Source of the DNA: Patescibacteria group bacterium
GTDB lineage: Bacteria; Patescibacteriota; Patescibacteriia; UBA9934
Direction: 5' to 3'
Assembly (NCBI GenBank): GCA_041660165.1
Contig: JBAZWW010000004.1
Location: 14,839-78,838, forward strand
DNA length: 64,000 bases
Shown here in pieces: positions 18,485-29,345 of the stretch (position 1 is its first letter; each line of letters begins with the position of its first letter). The position numbers were made by a program, and so were the translations under genes. The notes under the pieces were generated by a model that worked only from the letters and a program-made list of their open reading frames with translations, made no database searches and was not told the origin of the DNA.

Positions 18485-21400
18485 TTATTTAAATAACGCA
18501 GGGATCCGCGAAAGCAAATTCATCGGCGACGCCCAATCAACGAGGTGTTCAAGATACCGCGCAGTAAACCGTAGAAAGTTTGCAATGCGTTCTACAAGAT
18601 CCGTACGTTTCATGAAATGTGAAGCGTCAACAACTGACGAATCATCAAACGGAGCACCGATAACAAGCCGGGTAAACGCCGTTGGATCAAGATCAATGAT
18701 GTAATCAGCCCAATGTACACCGAATAACTTTGTGGCGAGCTCTTCCGTGGGAACCCAGTGAATCACTGAGTTATCAATCGTTGCGTCCGCATCAAAGGCA
18801 TACACCCGGTTTGAGCTCACGATTTTGACAAGGACAGTCCCCGGTTTTGGAGGCATGGGTTTGCCAAGAGGATGACCCTGAAGAATCTCCTCGGATACAA
18901 CCTGCACGGTTGTAAAATCGCTTACATAGGTAAAGAATTCTACGGCAGAGATGAATGAATGCCGTACGCCATCATCACCAATGAAATATACCGTTGATGA
19001 AGTTTCCGTGCGCACAAAGTTCGTATAGCTTGTCTCAGAACCCCCGGGGGCTGGCGGAACCACGGGTTCAACGGGAGGCTCAATGGGTACTACGGGTTCA
19101 ACAGGTGGAATGACAGAACACGCGGCTGAAAGAGTGATCGTATCGGAGACCTCTGAAGACACGCCTCCGGTTGCGGTACGGAACTGCGCATAGACGGTTT
19201 TCTCGCCCTCATCTGGAGAAAGAATCCACGGCAGAGTCATCGTTCTGATAAACGAACCGGAAGCGCTTGGCGTGATGGGAATACTTTCATCCGCAACAAA
19301 CGGGATGTACTCGCTTGAGTCGCCCATGCCAAATGGCTCGTTTGACACGCGGACGCTTGAAGCATTCGCTGCCACAAGATGAAGCGTGGTCTCGGCGGTT
19401 GGGACGCATGTCGCGTCTTCAACGATGGAAACGGAGGCGTTCGTCACACTCTGTGCAACGGAAGAACCCTCGCCCGCTAGGGTAAACGCCACAGAGTCAA
19501 CCGCTGGTTGGCTGGCCAGGCTGTCAGTCTCAAGAGTAACGGCAAGGTCAAGGTTAGCGGTTGCTAAGGAGAAGCCTCCCGCGGTTGCCCAACTGCCGGG
19601 AAGGATTCCGGAGAGAATCGTACTGGTCATTCGATTATTCGTTGCGCCATTTTCTACGGCAAGAGAAATGGCTTCTGCAGAAGTGTTTGTGGGAGCAGGA
19701 GTCCAGACGCTGGCATCGTTTCGATAATACCAATTGCCATTGACCCCGCCGTGATCTGTTGCAAGACTCGATGCAATAGTCCGCCAACCACCGCTATAAG
19801 CTTTGAAGCTCTGGCGAGCATCAAAAGAAAGTGCGTAATAAGCATTCCCGCCATCAAGAGATTCTGAGGCAACCGCAGACGCCATTTTATTCGTTCCAGC
19901 AAAGTCAAGGTTTGAAGATGCAGTCGTAAGCGTGGTGTAGTACTTGCCGACGGGAGATGCGCCAAGAACTAATTTATGAAGTACGTTTCCAACCAGATCA
20001 AACGCCCATAACGTCCCGTTACTTTGGAGAGCTAGATCAAGATCCGGCGCATCCACCGCGTAATCAGCCAAACGGTCGCCGGTGTTCACATCAAATTCAT
20101 AGATGCCCGAAGCGGATCCCCCAGGAGGAGACAAGTACTGCGTGGCATATGTCACGTAAATTTTCCCCGCAGTCTCATCAAGACGCATGCCGTTCGTTCC
20201 GGGACCAGTTACGTATTCTGCTAAAATATTCCCTGTCACCGGATCAATTTTTGTTAAACGATCAATACCGTCTACCTCGTAGTTTGTAAATTGCCACAAC
20301 ACGTTCCTGGTAGCGTCAAGAATGAGCCTATCCGTTCCGTCAGTTGAACCGCCAACGGCGATTGGATACTGGCTTGAGCCAAGAGTGCCGTTTGTATACG
20401 CGCCGGTTGAAGCGGTGATTTTCACTAAATTCGCACCACTCCCGCCTGCATACGCAGAAAACCAAACAACGTGTTGTATCGAATCATAAATAAGAGAGGT
20501 GAGATGTCCACCCGCGGCAATAGTTCCAATGATAGCGCCCGTCACGGGATTTATGCGCTCGACCAAGTCCGAACTTCCGCCTTGTGTTACCCAAATTTCA
20601 TCAATCTCGGGGTTGTAAATAATGCCCCACGAGTTACCAGCCCCAGTAAGAAAAGAGCTTGCTCCAAAAGTTCCAAAAGCATAATCACCAGTGGAAGCAT
20701 CATAGGCCGTCACCCTGCTTGCAGTGCCCCAACTAGCTACCCAGAGCCTATTCCTTGTTGGATCAATGGCCATGCCCTCCGGGCTATCCCCGGTTGTTTT
20801 TCTGCTCATTTCTAGTCCGGTGGTACTCGATACGCCGATCAACTCGTCGGTATTTCCAATGGTGACCCAAATACGTCCATTTACATCGTCAGCAAGGACG
20901 CGGCCAAGAGCCCCAGCCGTGCCAGACAAATCCGGACTCAAAACAGAAAGTTGCGACATGCTTCCACCAAGTTTCACTGCATCTACAGGTTTTACCGTGC
21001 AGGTAATTTTTGTAACTGCCGCATCAACTAACGTAAGATAAATACTGTCTGCCGAGGTTACGCCGTCAGTCAACAATACCTGGCCAGTAACATCCTGGCT
21101 CACGTGGCCAATGAGGTAATCAACGCCCCCAACCGTAGCGCGACAACCGGCCTGGATCTTCATAGCCGAAAGATTCACTGCAGATCCACCGCTTCCCGTT
21201 TTAAAAATTCCCGTTCCCTGATTTACCGCATCAAACCAGGCAACGGTTCCTTTCACGTCTTCTTCAGATAATGTACTCGAACTGTCGAGGTCAATGGTCA
21301 TCAAATTCGTCTCATCATCTTCCGTAAAAATCGAAACGTCCGCAGGATTAAGTCCGCCATAAAGCGCATCCGAACTGGTAGCTGAACCGAGCACAACTGA

Positions 21401-22525
21401 AGACGAGATGCCTCCGTCATCATCAGTATCATCAACGCCCGTTACGGTCACCGTCTGAGGTGTTGCGTAATTGACAGCGGTAAACGCAAGCGAAGAAGGC
21501 GAAACGACCGCCTCCGTTATATCCGACGAAGAAAGGGGAATGGCCACATCTGCCTCTGGTTTTCCACGAAGCGCTACCGTGAATGTAGCGGTTGATCCCG
21601 CTTCCGTGACATTACCGGAAATTTTGGTCGTCGTAACACCAGGCGCACCAAAACGAATATTTGTGTCATTCCCATTATCTATACAATTTGAATAGCAACG
21701 GATTTCACTGACTCCAATGTTAGCTATGTCCTTAAAATGAGCGGCTATCGGTAGAACATTTCCTTGAAAATCTACATTCGCAACAACACCAGATGAATCG
21801 CTAGCAACAGTGATCGCCTTGTCATCATACACACCGGCAATCAAGCGAGCATTTCCTATGATAGTGGTTGTACTCGCGGTTGGAAATGTTACCGCAGTAT
21901 TGATGTTCGTCGTTGGCCGTAAATAAAGATTATTGAATGTCGTGGCACCGGAAATTGCAACAGAAGCACCAGTCATCTGTACTATCCCGCTATTGTGCGT
22001 AAACGTACCCGCCGAATGCGTAAAGTTCCCGCCAAGCAACGTGGTGCCCGATGAAGCGGTGAACGCACCGCCCGTCAATGAAAAGTTTGTTCCGATCGTC
22101 AATGACTGGCTATCCGCAGTGAACACACCGTCAGCCTGGGCGAATGTCGCGCTCGTCGTAAGTGATCTGGCCATGGTGATGGTCCCGGTGTAACCAGCGT
22201 TGATACTGATACTCGTAATCGTTCCCGTGAATCCGGCATCAACCGTTGCATTCTTCGTCGAGGTCGTATCAAACACCACAGCATCGCCGGCACCTGGCAA
22301 AGTATCACCCAACCAGTTCAACGCACATGACCACTTATTCCCGTCCCCCGCTCCGCCTCCACATGTACCATCCGCGCCTTCACCGTCCCAAGTAATCGTG
22401 GCGGCGTATGCTGGATGAAGAAGAAGCGAAGCTGTCAGCGTTGGCACTGTAATCGCAACAAGAATCGGCAAAATAATCCGGTGTAGCCGGTGATTGAGCC
22501 AAAAGCTTATGCGCTTGTGAAGCAT
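18485..22525 (-). CDS. giant secreted surface protein with beta-propeller-like (NHL/YVTN-type) repeats
   Basis: 1346 aa. It has an N-terminal signal/anchor (…ILPILVAITVPTLTASLLLHPAYA) and G/T/S-rich beta-repeats. Internal repeats such as …VTAYDASTGDY…, …IYVTYATQY…, …LWVASWG… are typical of propeller blades. A proline-rich linker (PPVEPVVPIEPPVEPVVPP) precedes the C-terminal domain. Confidence 0.8.
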   Translation of the reverse strand: MLHKRISFWLNHRLHRIILPILVAITVPTLTASLLLHPAYAATITWDGEGADGTCGGGAGDGNKWSCALNWLGDTLPGAGDAVVFDTTSTKNATVDAGFTGTITSISINAGYTGTITMARSLTTSATFAQADGVFTADSQSLTIGTNFSLTGGAFTASSGTTLLGGNFTHSAGTFTHNSGIVQMTGASVAISGATTFNNLYLRPTTNINTAVTFPTASTTTIIGNARLIAGVYDDKAITVASDSSGVVANVDFQGNVLPIAAHFKDIANIGVSEIRCYSNCIDNGNDTNIRFGAPGVTTTKISGNVTEAGSTATFTVALRGKPEADVAIPLSSSDITEAVVSPSSLAFTAVNYATPQTVTVTGVDDTDDDGGISSSVVLGSATSSDALYGGLNPADVSIFTEDDETNLMTIDLDSSSTLSEEDVKGTVAWFDAVNQGTGIFKTGSGGSAVNLSAMKIQAGCRATVGGVDYLIGHVSQDVTGQVLLTDGVTSADSIYLTLVDAAVTKITCTVKPVDAVKLGGSMSQLSVLSPDLSGTAGALGRVLADDVNGRIWVTIGNTDELIGVSSTTGLEMSRKTTGDSPEGMAIDPTRNRLWVASWGTASRVTAYDASTGDYAFGTFGASSFLTGAGNSWGIIYNPEIDEIWVTQGGSSDLVERINPVTGAIIGTIAAGGHLTSLIYDSIQHVVWFSAYAGGSGANLVKITASTGAYTNGTLGSSQYPIAVGGSTDGTDRLILDATRNVLWQFTNYEVDGIDRLTKIDPVTGNILAEYVTGPGTNGMRLDETAGKIYVTYATQYLSPPGGSASGIYEFDVNTGDRLADYAVDAPDLDLALQSNGTLWAFDLVGNVLHKLVLGASPVGKYYTTLTTASSNLDFAGTNKMASAVASESLDGGNAYYALSFDARQSFKAYSGGWRTIASSLATDHGGVNGNWYYRNDASVWTPAPTNTSAEAISLAVENGATNNRMTSTILSGILPGSWATAGGFSLATANLDLAVTLETDSLASQPAVDSVAFTLAGEGSSVAQSVTNASVSIVEDATCVPTAETTLHLVAANASSVRVSNEPFGMGDSSEYIPFVADESIPITPSASGSFIRTMTLPWILSPDEGEKTVYAQFRTATGGVSSEVSDTITLSAACSVIPPVEPVVPIEPPVEPVVPPAPGGSETSYTNFVRTETSSTVYFIGDDGVRHSFISAVEFFTYVSDFTTVQVVSEEILQGHPLGKPMPPKPGTVLVKIVSSNRVYAFDADATIDNSVIHWVPTEELATKLFGVHWADYIIDLDPTAFTRLVIGAPFDDSSVVDASHFMKRTDLVERIANFLRFTARYLEHLVDWASPMNLLSRIPALFK

Positions 22526-22601
22526 ATTTACTTTAGTATAGCAAAACTATTCTAAGAATTTTGTGTTATGCTCAACGTGCTCATCCTTTACGTGATTAAC
22601 T

Positions 22602-23465
22602 ATGAAAAAAGTTCTCGTGGCAATGTCCGCGACCGCGCTTGTCATAAGCGCAGTGATACCGATGCATGCCGTACGTGCCGCCACCGCGGGTGATCTGATC
22701 AAATGCGCGGACTCAAGCGCAATCTACTATCTGGCGAAGGATGGAAAACGCTACGTCTTTCCCAATGAAAGTATTTACTATAGCTGGTACGCGAATTTCA
22801 ATGCTGTAAAAAATATCTCTTGCGGAGACCTGGCAGTGCTTCCCATTGGGGAACGAATCATGTATCAGCCGGGCACGGATCTTGTAAAAATCCCGAGCGA
22901 TCCATCAGTATTTGCCGTAGAGGACGGAAACGTGCTCAGAGAAATCCCCAATGAAAAAACCGCTGTCGATCTTTTCGGCACGGATTGGAACAAACGAGTA
23001 AAGGATGTTTCCGAAGCTTTCTGGCCAAGTTTTACGGTAGGAAAGCCCCTCGCTGACACGGAGATTCCTGAGGGAACGGTTCTTGAAGACAAGGACCATA
23101 ATCTTTTCCGCGTAAAAACAGATGGAACGGCAACAGAGGTTGATACTATCCTTACTGCAGAACAAAAAGCCGTTCTCAGTGAACACGCGCTGTTACTGCA
23201 AGATGTGGAGGATCACCTAGGAAAGACGGTCAGCCTCACCCCAACGGCCTCGGCAACGGCAACAGACCTCTCAACTCTCACCACGCATCTCGAAACAGTT
23301 GACACTGAAGAAGCTGACGAAAAAGACGTCCCAGAAATCACAGAGGTTGATGAAGAGAGCACCGAATCCGGAGACACGCACGCGGATACAAGCAATGGAA
23401 CAGATGCATCCTCGGGAGGTTCACACGAGTCAGGCAGTAATGACAGCGGATCAAGCGATTCCTAA
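22602..23465 (+). CDS. secreted protein with acidic Ser/Asp-rich C-terminal tail
   Basis: Signal peptide (MKKVLVAMSATALVISAVIPMHAVRA); C-terminus …ESGSNDSGSSDS. Confidence 0.55.
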   Translation: MKKVLVAMSATALVISAVIPMHAVRAATAGDLIKCADSSAIYYLAKDGKRYVFPNESIYYSWYANFNAVKNISCGDLAVLPIGERIMYQPGTDLVKIPSDPSVFAVEDGNVLREIPNEKTAVDLFGTDWNKRVKDVSEAFWPSFTVGKPLADTEIPEGTVLEDKDHNLFRVKTDGTATEVDTILTAEQKAVLSEHALLLQDVEDHLGKTVSLTPTASATATDLSTLTTHLETVDTEEADEKDVPEITEVDEESTESGDTHADTSNGTDASSGGSHESGSNDSGSSDS

Positions 23466-23532
23466 TAAGTACAAAACGACCCGCACAGGGTCGTTTTTGT
23501 TTTTACGAACAATTACCGTACAATATTTTTAT

Positions 23533-24813
23533 ATGGACCTCTTTGAGACTCAGCTTAAAACATCCTTGCCAAGTACCCCGCTAGCCGAACGCATGCGGCC
23601 ACGAACACTCGACGAGTTTTTCGGGCAATCAAACATTGTGGGCGAGGGTAAATACTTGCGTACAATGATGATGGGAGACAATTTGCCTTCGCTCATTTTT
23701 TGGGGTCCGCCAGGAGTTGGGAAAACAACCCTGGCGCAAATCATAGCTAAGATGACGAAAGCTCGGTTTCTTCCATTGAGCGCAGTCTCTGGCGGAGTAA
23801 AAGACGTGCGCGACATCATCAAAGACGCTGAAGAACGCCGAAAGTTTTATGGCGAGCGAACGATTCTCTTTGTTGACGAAATTCATCGCTTCAACAAATC
23901 ACAACAAGATGCATTTTTACCGGCTGTTGAAAAGGGCATTGTCACTCTGATCGGTGCCACAACTGAAAATCCATCATTCGAGGTGAACTCGGCGCTTCTT
24001 TCACGCGCTCGTGTAGTAGTGCTCGAACGCTTGGGCGAGGAAGACATTGTAAAAATTCTTCGTCAAGCACTCGCTGACAAAGAACGCGGACTCGGCAAAG
24101 AAAAGATTGAGGTCAGTAACGAGACACTCACGGCCCTTGCCAATATAGGCAATGGAGATGCGAGAAATGCACTGAATACGCTGGAGATTGCAGTGAAAAT
24201 CGCACCACTCTGCCCCTCACCCATGGCGCTCGTGCCCTCACCGAGCCTCTCCCAGGATGGGAGAGGTCCTCAAGGCGCTTCCATCGTGATTACGAATGAC
24301 ATCATCGCTCAGGCACTCCAGCGAACACATTTGGTATACGACCGTGCCGGCGAAGAACACTACAATATTATTTCAGCGTTGCATAAATCAATGCGAGGTA
24401 ACGATGCGAATGCTGCGCTCTATTGGCTTGGCCGAATGCTCGAAGCTGGCGAAGATCCGCTTTATGTGGCCCGCCGTCTCGTTCGGTTCGCTTCCGAGGA
24501 CATAGGACTCGCTGACCCGAACGCGCTCGTGCAAGCGGTGGCTGCGCACCAAGCCTCCCACATGCTTGGCCTGCCCGAATGTAATGTCATCCTTGCCCAA
24601 TGCGTGGCGTATTTATCAAACGCTCCCAAATCAAACGCACTCTACACGGCATACTCGGCCGTTCAACAGGATATTCGCGATCTACCAAATGAACCCGTTC
24701 CGCTCCACATCAGAAACGCCCCGACCAAACTCATGAAAAATCTTGGGTGCGGGGACGCAAAACAAGAATTTCTGCCTGACAAACTGCAAGGAAAAAAGTA
24801 TCTCAGTTCGTAG
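23533..24813 (+). CDS. rarA: replication-associated recombination protein A (AAA+ ATPase, MgsA/WRNIP family)
   Basis: Walker [10 protein letters not shown] and Walker [11 protein letters not shown], with a MgsA C-terminal helical domain. Start chosen at the internal Met (MDLFETQ…). Confidence 0.85.
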   Translation: MDLFETQLKTSLPSTPLAERMRPRTLDEFFGQSNIVGEGKYLRTMMMGDNLPSLIFWGPPGVGKTTLAQIIAKMTKARFLPLSAVSGGVKDVRDIIKDAEERRKFYGERTILFVDEIHRFNKSQQDAFLPAVEKGIVTLIGATTENPSFEVNSALLSRARVVVLERLGEEDIVKILRQALADKERGLGKEKIEVSNETLTALANIGNGDARNALNTLEIAVKIAPLCPSPMALVPSPSLSQDGRGPQGASIVITNDIIAQALQRTHLVYDRAGEEHYNIISALHKSMRGNDANAALYWLGRMLEAGEDPLYVARRLVRFASEDIGLADPNALVQAVAAHQASHMLGLPECNVILAQCVAYLSNAPKSNALYTAYSAVQQDIRDLPNEPVPLHIRNAPTKLMKNLGCGDAKQEFLPDKLQGKKYLSS

Positions 24814-24830
24814 TATACTTATGGAGGCTC

Positions 24831-27800
24831 ATGCCGACTCCAATGGAAATACGTTTTCGCAACAAGGCATTCAGAATGATCTGGAGCGTTTGTTTACTTA
24901 TCGGACTTTCTTTTTCCGGTCTTTTAGTGGCGCGCGCTACAACTCCAAATCCAGGGCATCCTTGGGCAGGCGTTGGGGACGGTGTCTTTGCCATCACCGG
25001 CCCCTCAATTCTCCGCACCTTCACCTTTCCTGACGCGGACGCAACCGTTCTGACGTCGCTCACAAATGATTTTGACCGCGCCACTGCCGGCGCGCTGACG
25101 TTCGGAAATACAAACGCCACCTCCGTCAGCGTCTGCAACTCCCTGGCTTGTGACACTGTGGATATTGCCACAAATGCAGACGCGGACACCGTCACCATAG
25201 GCGATGCTCTAGACAGCGTTGCGCTTGCTTCAGCAAACTGGAGCATTACCGCGCCGGGAGTTGCCACCTTCTCCTCTCTTGGCCTCACCGGAGATCTTGA
25301 CCTGGCTACGCACATCATTACGAATATTGGCAATACCGGTACGGACTTTGTTGCCACTACCGGAGCACTTAATCTAGCGGGCGTCCTCACTGCAAACGGC
25401 GGAATTATCGTTGCAGCGAACCAAAACTTTACTATCGACGCTGGAACGGGAACGGCGACGTTCACAAGCACGGGCGGCACTTCGTTTGCTCGTAATTTAT
25501 TTTCATCCGGCACAAACGTCATTGCGGCCCAATTTGGAAGCGGATCTACGTCAGGGTTCACTGCTGACCAGTATGGTGGAGCAGTCCGGTTCAATGGCTC
25601 GGGTGTGGCATGGGGTGATATGTCATATTACCCAAATGGTGGAGCCAGCGGAAGCCAAGGAAATTTCAGACTCTCTACAACTGGTGGAGTACTCGCAACG
25701 ACACCAAGCGGTAAACTCGGGATCGGAGAATTATATTCAGTGGGTAACGTCGGCATTGGAACTGCGGCGCCAACTCGCATACTAGATATCGTCGGAGGTA
25801 GTCCCCGATTTTATAACTCCACCACGCCAACCTACAGCAGTTCAGTAAACTTAGGAGTGACCGCCCTTGACCTTGTAAATCGCGCCGCCAACGGCTCTGT
25901 TTCTGGCCTTCATGTTTACATGAGCGGAACAAATTCTGGAACGTTTCTCACGAGTACAGCGAGTTCTACCGGCTTCTGGTCTTCTGGCGCAAGATTTCAC
26001 GGTTCGGGTCTTTATGTTCCTACTGAAACTACCGCAACATCAATCATGGAAAATGCCGGAGCCATTCAATTTCTTTATGGTACTGGTCTAACGCCAGGAA
26101 CCACGACAGCATTAACTGAGTCGATGAGAATTTCAACCACCGGAAACGTAGGAATCGGTACCACGACACCAACAAAGCAATTAACTTTTGGTCAAGTGGC
26201 AGCTGATCCTATTCAAATCCGTCGCGACACAACATCCCAAGGAAATCCGGCGGTGGGCACAGGTATCTCATGGACGTGGAATAACGCAGCGGAGAACGAT
26301 AACACATGGGCAGCCATTAGAGCCATCATGCCTGGTAGCACTAATTCCCATTTAACTTTTTCAACAACCCCCGTCGCGGGTGGTGCGGCGGGTTTACTGG
26401 AAAGAATGAGAATTGAAGATTCAGGAGATGTTGGCATCGGGGATGCTACCCCGGCCTCAATGTTCACCGTGGGCAATGGTGATCTCTTTCAAGTAAACTC
26501 AAGCGGTGCTATTGCGGCCGCAACGGGAATCATCACGAGCGGGGCATATGTCCAAACGTACACTGGGACAGGAAATGCGGCCTCCATCACATCTACCTCA
26601 ACCACAAATGGCTCAAAAGGCCTCATTATTCAAAACACCGGTGCTGTCACCGGAACTGGCTACGGTGGCATGTTCATAAAATCTGGGGTATCTACAACCA
26701 ATGTGGGTCTCTACGCTTCCGCCTCCGGTGGAACAAATAATTACGCGGCCATTTTTGATGCGGGATACGTAGGAATCGGAACCGCGAGTCCGATAGCAAA
26801 ATTAAATATACAGGGCAGTTGGGCTCAAACCCTACTAGATGGCGACAACGTTGTCATAAGAAAACCAAACTACGCCGGAGGCGGGTGGGCCAGAACTTTG
26901 ATGAATTTCCAAGAATATGACGGAACGACAATCACTAGCTTAGGAGCACTCGGCACTAACAATACCTTCGTTTACGGATTCATTGGAGCCGCCTACAACG
27001 ACGCCGCAATCCAGTGGTACCCCGATAAAACCGTTACCCTCGGTGGCAACGTCACCACCGTAGGTAGCGTTGGTATTGGGGATACCACTCCGGCCTCCAT
27101 GCTCACCGTGGGTAACGGCGACCTCTTCCAAGTAAACTCAAGCGGTGCTATTGCGGCGGCAACGGGGATTATCACAAGCGGGCAATACGCGCAAACTTTC
27201 GCCGGCACAACAACCGCGGGAGCTACAATCACCGCGAACTCGCTTACAACCGGTACGGCACTCATTATTCCTCACACGACATCAGTCATCGCATCCGGTG
27301 GCTCGCTCATTCGAGCATCCTCATCATCCGTTGATACTTCAACAACGACAGGAACGCTCCTTGACCTTGCGTCAACCGGTTCAACCGCAGGAACGATTGC
27401 TTTGATCACGAATAACACCGCTCTTTTTACCGGCATTAGCGAATCAATTTCAAACACGGGTCTGACCACGGGTACAGGACTCGCCATTACCGGCGGGAGC
27501 ACAATTACCACAAATGGTGAACTCGTTAATCTCGACATAAGCACCTCCACCGCAGGACAGGCACTCAACATCCAAGGAACAGGCAACTATGCCGGTACCG
27601 GACTTGTATCCATCGTAGAAAATAATTCGTCAATGACGAGCGGTATCGGGCTCCTTCTCAGTAACGTAGTGACCGGCGGAAATACAAACTCCCCACTTAT
27701 CTCCCTTCAGGGAAACGGCTACACCGCAATTGGCCCTACGAACATTACCGGTGCGTTTACGCTTCAAACCATTCCGTCCAATGGCTCAGCGGGCAAACTC

Positions 27801-29282
27801 ATGATCGCTCAGACTGGCTGGGGCGTGGCAGCGGCCAATGATCTTTCCATTTCTGAAACCGGTGCCGTTGTGACAAGAGGCGGTGTCACTACCGGTGCCG
27901 GTACCCCTGACATTGCGGAAAACGTACCCGTGTCTGACCTCACGCTAGAAAAGGGCGATGTCATGGCTCTTGATACCTCCGCAACCGGCGACGGATCACT
28001 TTACAACAACTTCAAAGCAAAAAAAAGCCAGTCCGCATATGATAGCCAGCTCCTTGGTGTCGTTTCAACGTCTCCAGGTCTCATCCTCAACGGGCCGGAC
28101 AATGTTGCGGATGAGAACATGAGCAAACCGAACGAACGGCTTCTTGCACTTGCCGGCCGTGTTCCGGTAAAAGTCTCTGATCAAAATGGACCGGTAAAAC
28201 AAGGCGATTATCTTACATCCTCTTCAACTCCCGGCGTCGCAATGAAAGCAACGCATGCTGGTGCTGTCATTGGACAGGCACTTGAAAATTGGGACACAAC
28301 GTCTGGCAAGACCCAGGTACTTATCAGCGTAAAACCGGGATATTACAACGGAGAAAGTTTGAACGAAGTGGCAGGAACATCAGACCAAATCCTTGCGAAG
28401 CTTCTTGCGGATCAAACAAGCGGAGGAGCACTGACCGCATCAGCCGAGCTACTCACCGGACGCATCGCGGCAGGACTCGAGATCATCACACCGAGCATCA
28501 CCTCAAAGGGATTGAGGATCGACAACATCACTGCGCTCAATGACATCATCTCATTCCAGTCTGACATCGCATTTATTGGCCGGCCGTTCTTTAACAAAGA
28601 CACCGGTGGATTCGCCGTTATTCATACTGGCGACACTTCAGTACACGTCGCGTTTGAAAAACCATATATCGCAACACCTGTTGTTCAAGCGTCAGTGACA
28701 TTCGACGAACTCGCAGATCCCATCGCCCAAGCGCAAGCCGAAACAGATTACTTTGCGAGCGGAACACAGCTCATCATCACCAGAAAATCTCTAGCGGGAT
28801 TCACCATCATGCTGAACGTGCCCACAACAAAAGATCTGAAGATCAACTGGCTAGCACTCGCTATCACGGACGCTCGAACAGATGAGTCCGTTCCCACGTC
28901 AACCGCACCTGTTACTGCCTCAATTAATCCGGTGACAACGATTGATCCAGCGCCCTCTGCCCCTACTACTACAATAGATCCTGCACTCACCACATCAACC
29001 ACGACGACCGTTGTTGATCCAACAGCTTCAACTTCAACCACCACCACGGTTACAGACCCTACCGCAGTAGTCACAGATCCAGCAGTAACCGCAATTGATC
29101 CAGCACTCACAACTACAACAGCCACCGTTGTGGATCCCACGGCAACAACCGTCGATCCTACACTCACAACTACATCAACTACCGTCGATCCGACAGTCAC
29201 CACCGTTGACCCCGCACCTGCTCCAGCCCCTGCTCCCGATCCGGCTCCGGCTCCCGCACCCGATCCTGCACCGGTTATTTAA
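24831..29282 (+). CDS. giant secreted protein with tail-fibre/hemagglutinin-like Gly-rich repeats and a C-terminal Thr/Pro-rich tandem-repeat tail
   Basis: 1483 aa with an N-terminal signal/anchor. It carries repeated modules …GIGTTTPTKQLTF…, …GIGDATPASMFTVGNGDLFQVNSSGAIAAATGIITSG… (twice) and …GIGTASPIAKLNIQG…. The C-terminus is [TVDP/TTT] repeats followed by PAPAPAPDPAPAP. Confidence 0.8.
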   Translation: MPTPMEIRFRNKAFRMIWSVCLLIGLSFSGLLVARATTPNPGHPWAGVGDGVFAITGPSILRTFTFPDADATVLTSLTNDFDRATAGALTFGNTNATSVSVCNSLACDTVDIATNADADTVTIGDALDSVALASANWSITAPGVATFSSLGLTGDLDLATHIITNIGNTGTDFVATTGALNLAGVLTANGGIIVAANQNFTIDAGTGTATFTSTGGTSFARNLFSSGTNVIAAQFGSGSTSGFTADQYGGAVRFNGSGVAWGDMSYYPNGGASGSQGNFRLSTTGGVLATTPSGKLGIGELYSVGNVGIGTAAPTRILDIVGGSPRFYNSTTPTYSSSVNLGVTALDLVNRAANGSVSGLHVYMSGTNSGTFLTSTASSTGFWSSGARFHGSGLYVPTETTATSIMENAGAIQFLYGTGLTPGTTTALTESMRISTTGNVGIGTTTPTKQLTFGQVAADPIQIRRDTTSQGNPAVGTGISWTWNNAAENDNTWAAIRAIMPGSTNSHLTFSTTPVAGGAAGLLERMRIEDSGDVGIGDATPASMFTVGNGDLFQVNSSGAIAAATGIITSGAYVQTYTGTGNAASITSTSTTNGSKGLIIQNTGAVTGTGYGGMFIKSGVSTTNVGLYASASGGTNNYAAIFDAGYVGIGTASPIAKLNIQGSWAQTLLDGDNVVIRKPNYAGGGWARTLMNFQEYDGTTITSLGALGTNNTFVYGFIGAAYNDAAIQWYPDKTVTLGGNVTTVGSVGIGDTTPASMLTVGNGDLFQVNSSGAIAAATGIITSGQYAQTFAGTTTAGATITANSLTTGTALIIPHTTSVIASGGSLIRASSSSVDTSTTTGTLLDLASTGSTAGTIALITNNTALFTGISESISNTGLTTGTGLAITGGSTITTNGELVNLDISTSTAGQALNIQGTGNYAGTGLVSIVENNSSMTSGIGLLLSNVVTGGNTNSPLISLQGNGYTAIGPTNITGAFTLQTIPSNGSAGKLMIAQTGWGVAAANDLSISETGAVVTRGGVTTGAGTPDIAENVPVSDLTLEKGDVMALDTSATGDGSLYNNFKAKKSQSAYDSQLLGVVSTSPGLILNGPDNVADENMSKPNERLLALAGRVPVKVSDQNGPVKQGDYLTSSSTPGVAMKATHAGAVIGQALENWDTTSGKTQVLISVKPGYYNGESLNEVAGTSDQILAKLLADQTSGGALTASAELLTGRIAAGLEIITPSITSKGLRIDNITALNDIISFQSDIAFIGRPFFNKDTGGFAVIHTGDTSVHVAFEKPYIATPVVQASVTFDELADPIAQAQAETDYFASGTQLIITRKSLAGFTIMLNVPTTKDLKINWLALAITDARTDESVPTSTAPVTASINPVTTIDPAPSAPTTTIDPALTTSTTTTVVDPTASTSTTTTVTDPTAVVTDPAVTAIDPALTTTTATVVDPTATTVDPTLTTTSTTVDPTVTTVDPAPAPAPAPDPAPAPAPDPAPVI
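28900..29280 (+). repeat. imperfect tandem repeats (about 27-33 nt units) encoding a Thr/Pro-rich low-complexity tail
   Basis: Reiterated gatcc(a/t)gca…acaac(t/c)ac… units, translated as TIDPALTTSTTTTVVDPTASTSTTTTVTDPTAVVTDPAV…. Confidence 0.7.
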
Positions 29283-29345
29283 GCTGTCGCTCAAAAAAAG
29301 TGTCCGTGGTAGTATAGAAGCACTCATAAACGAGGAGGTTTTGCT

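Noticed and set aside
24803-25594. 263-aa minus-strand ORF
   Set aside because: Antisense to the start of the 1483-aa repeat protein; Ala/Val/Pro-rich low-complexity translation.
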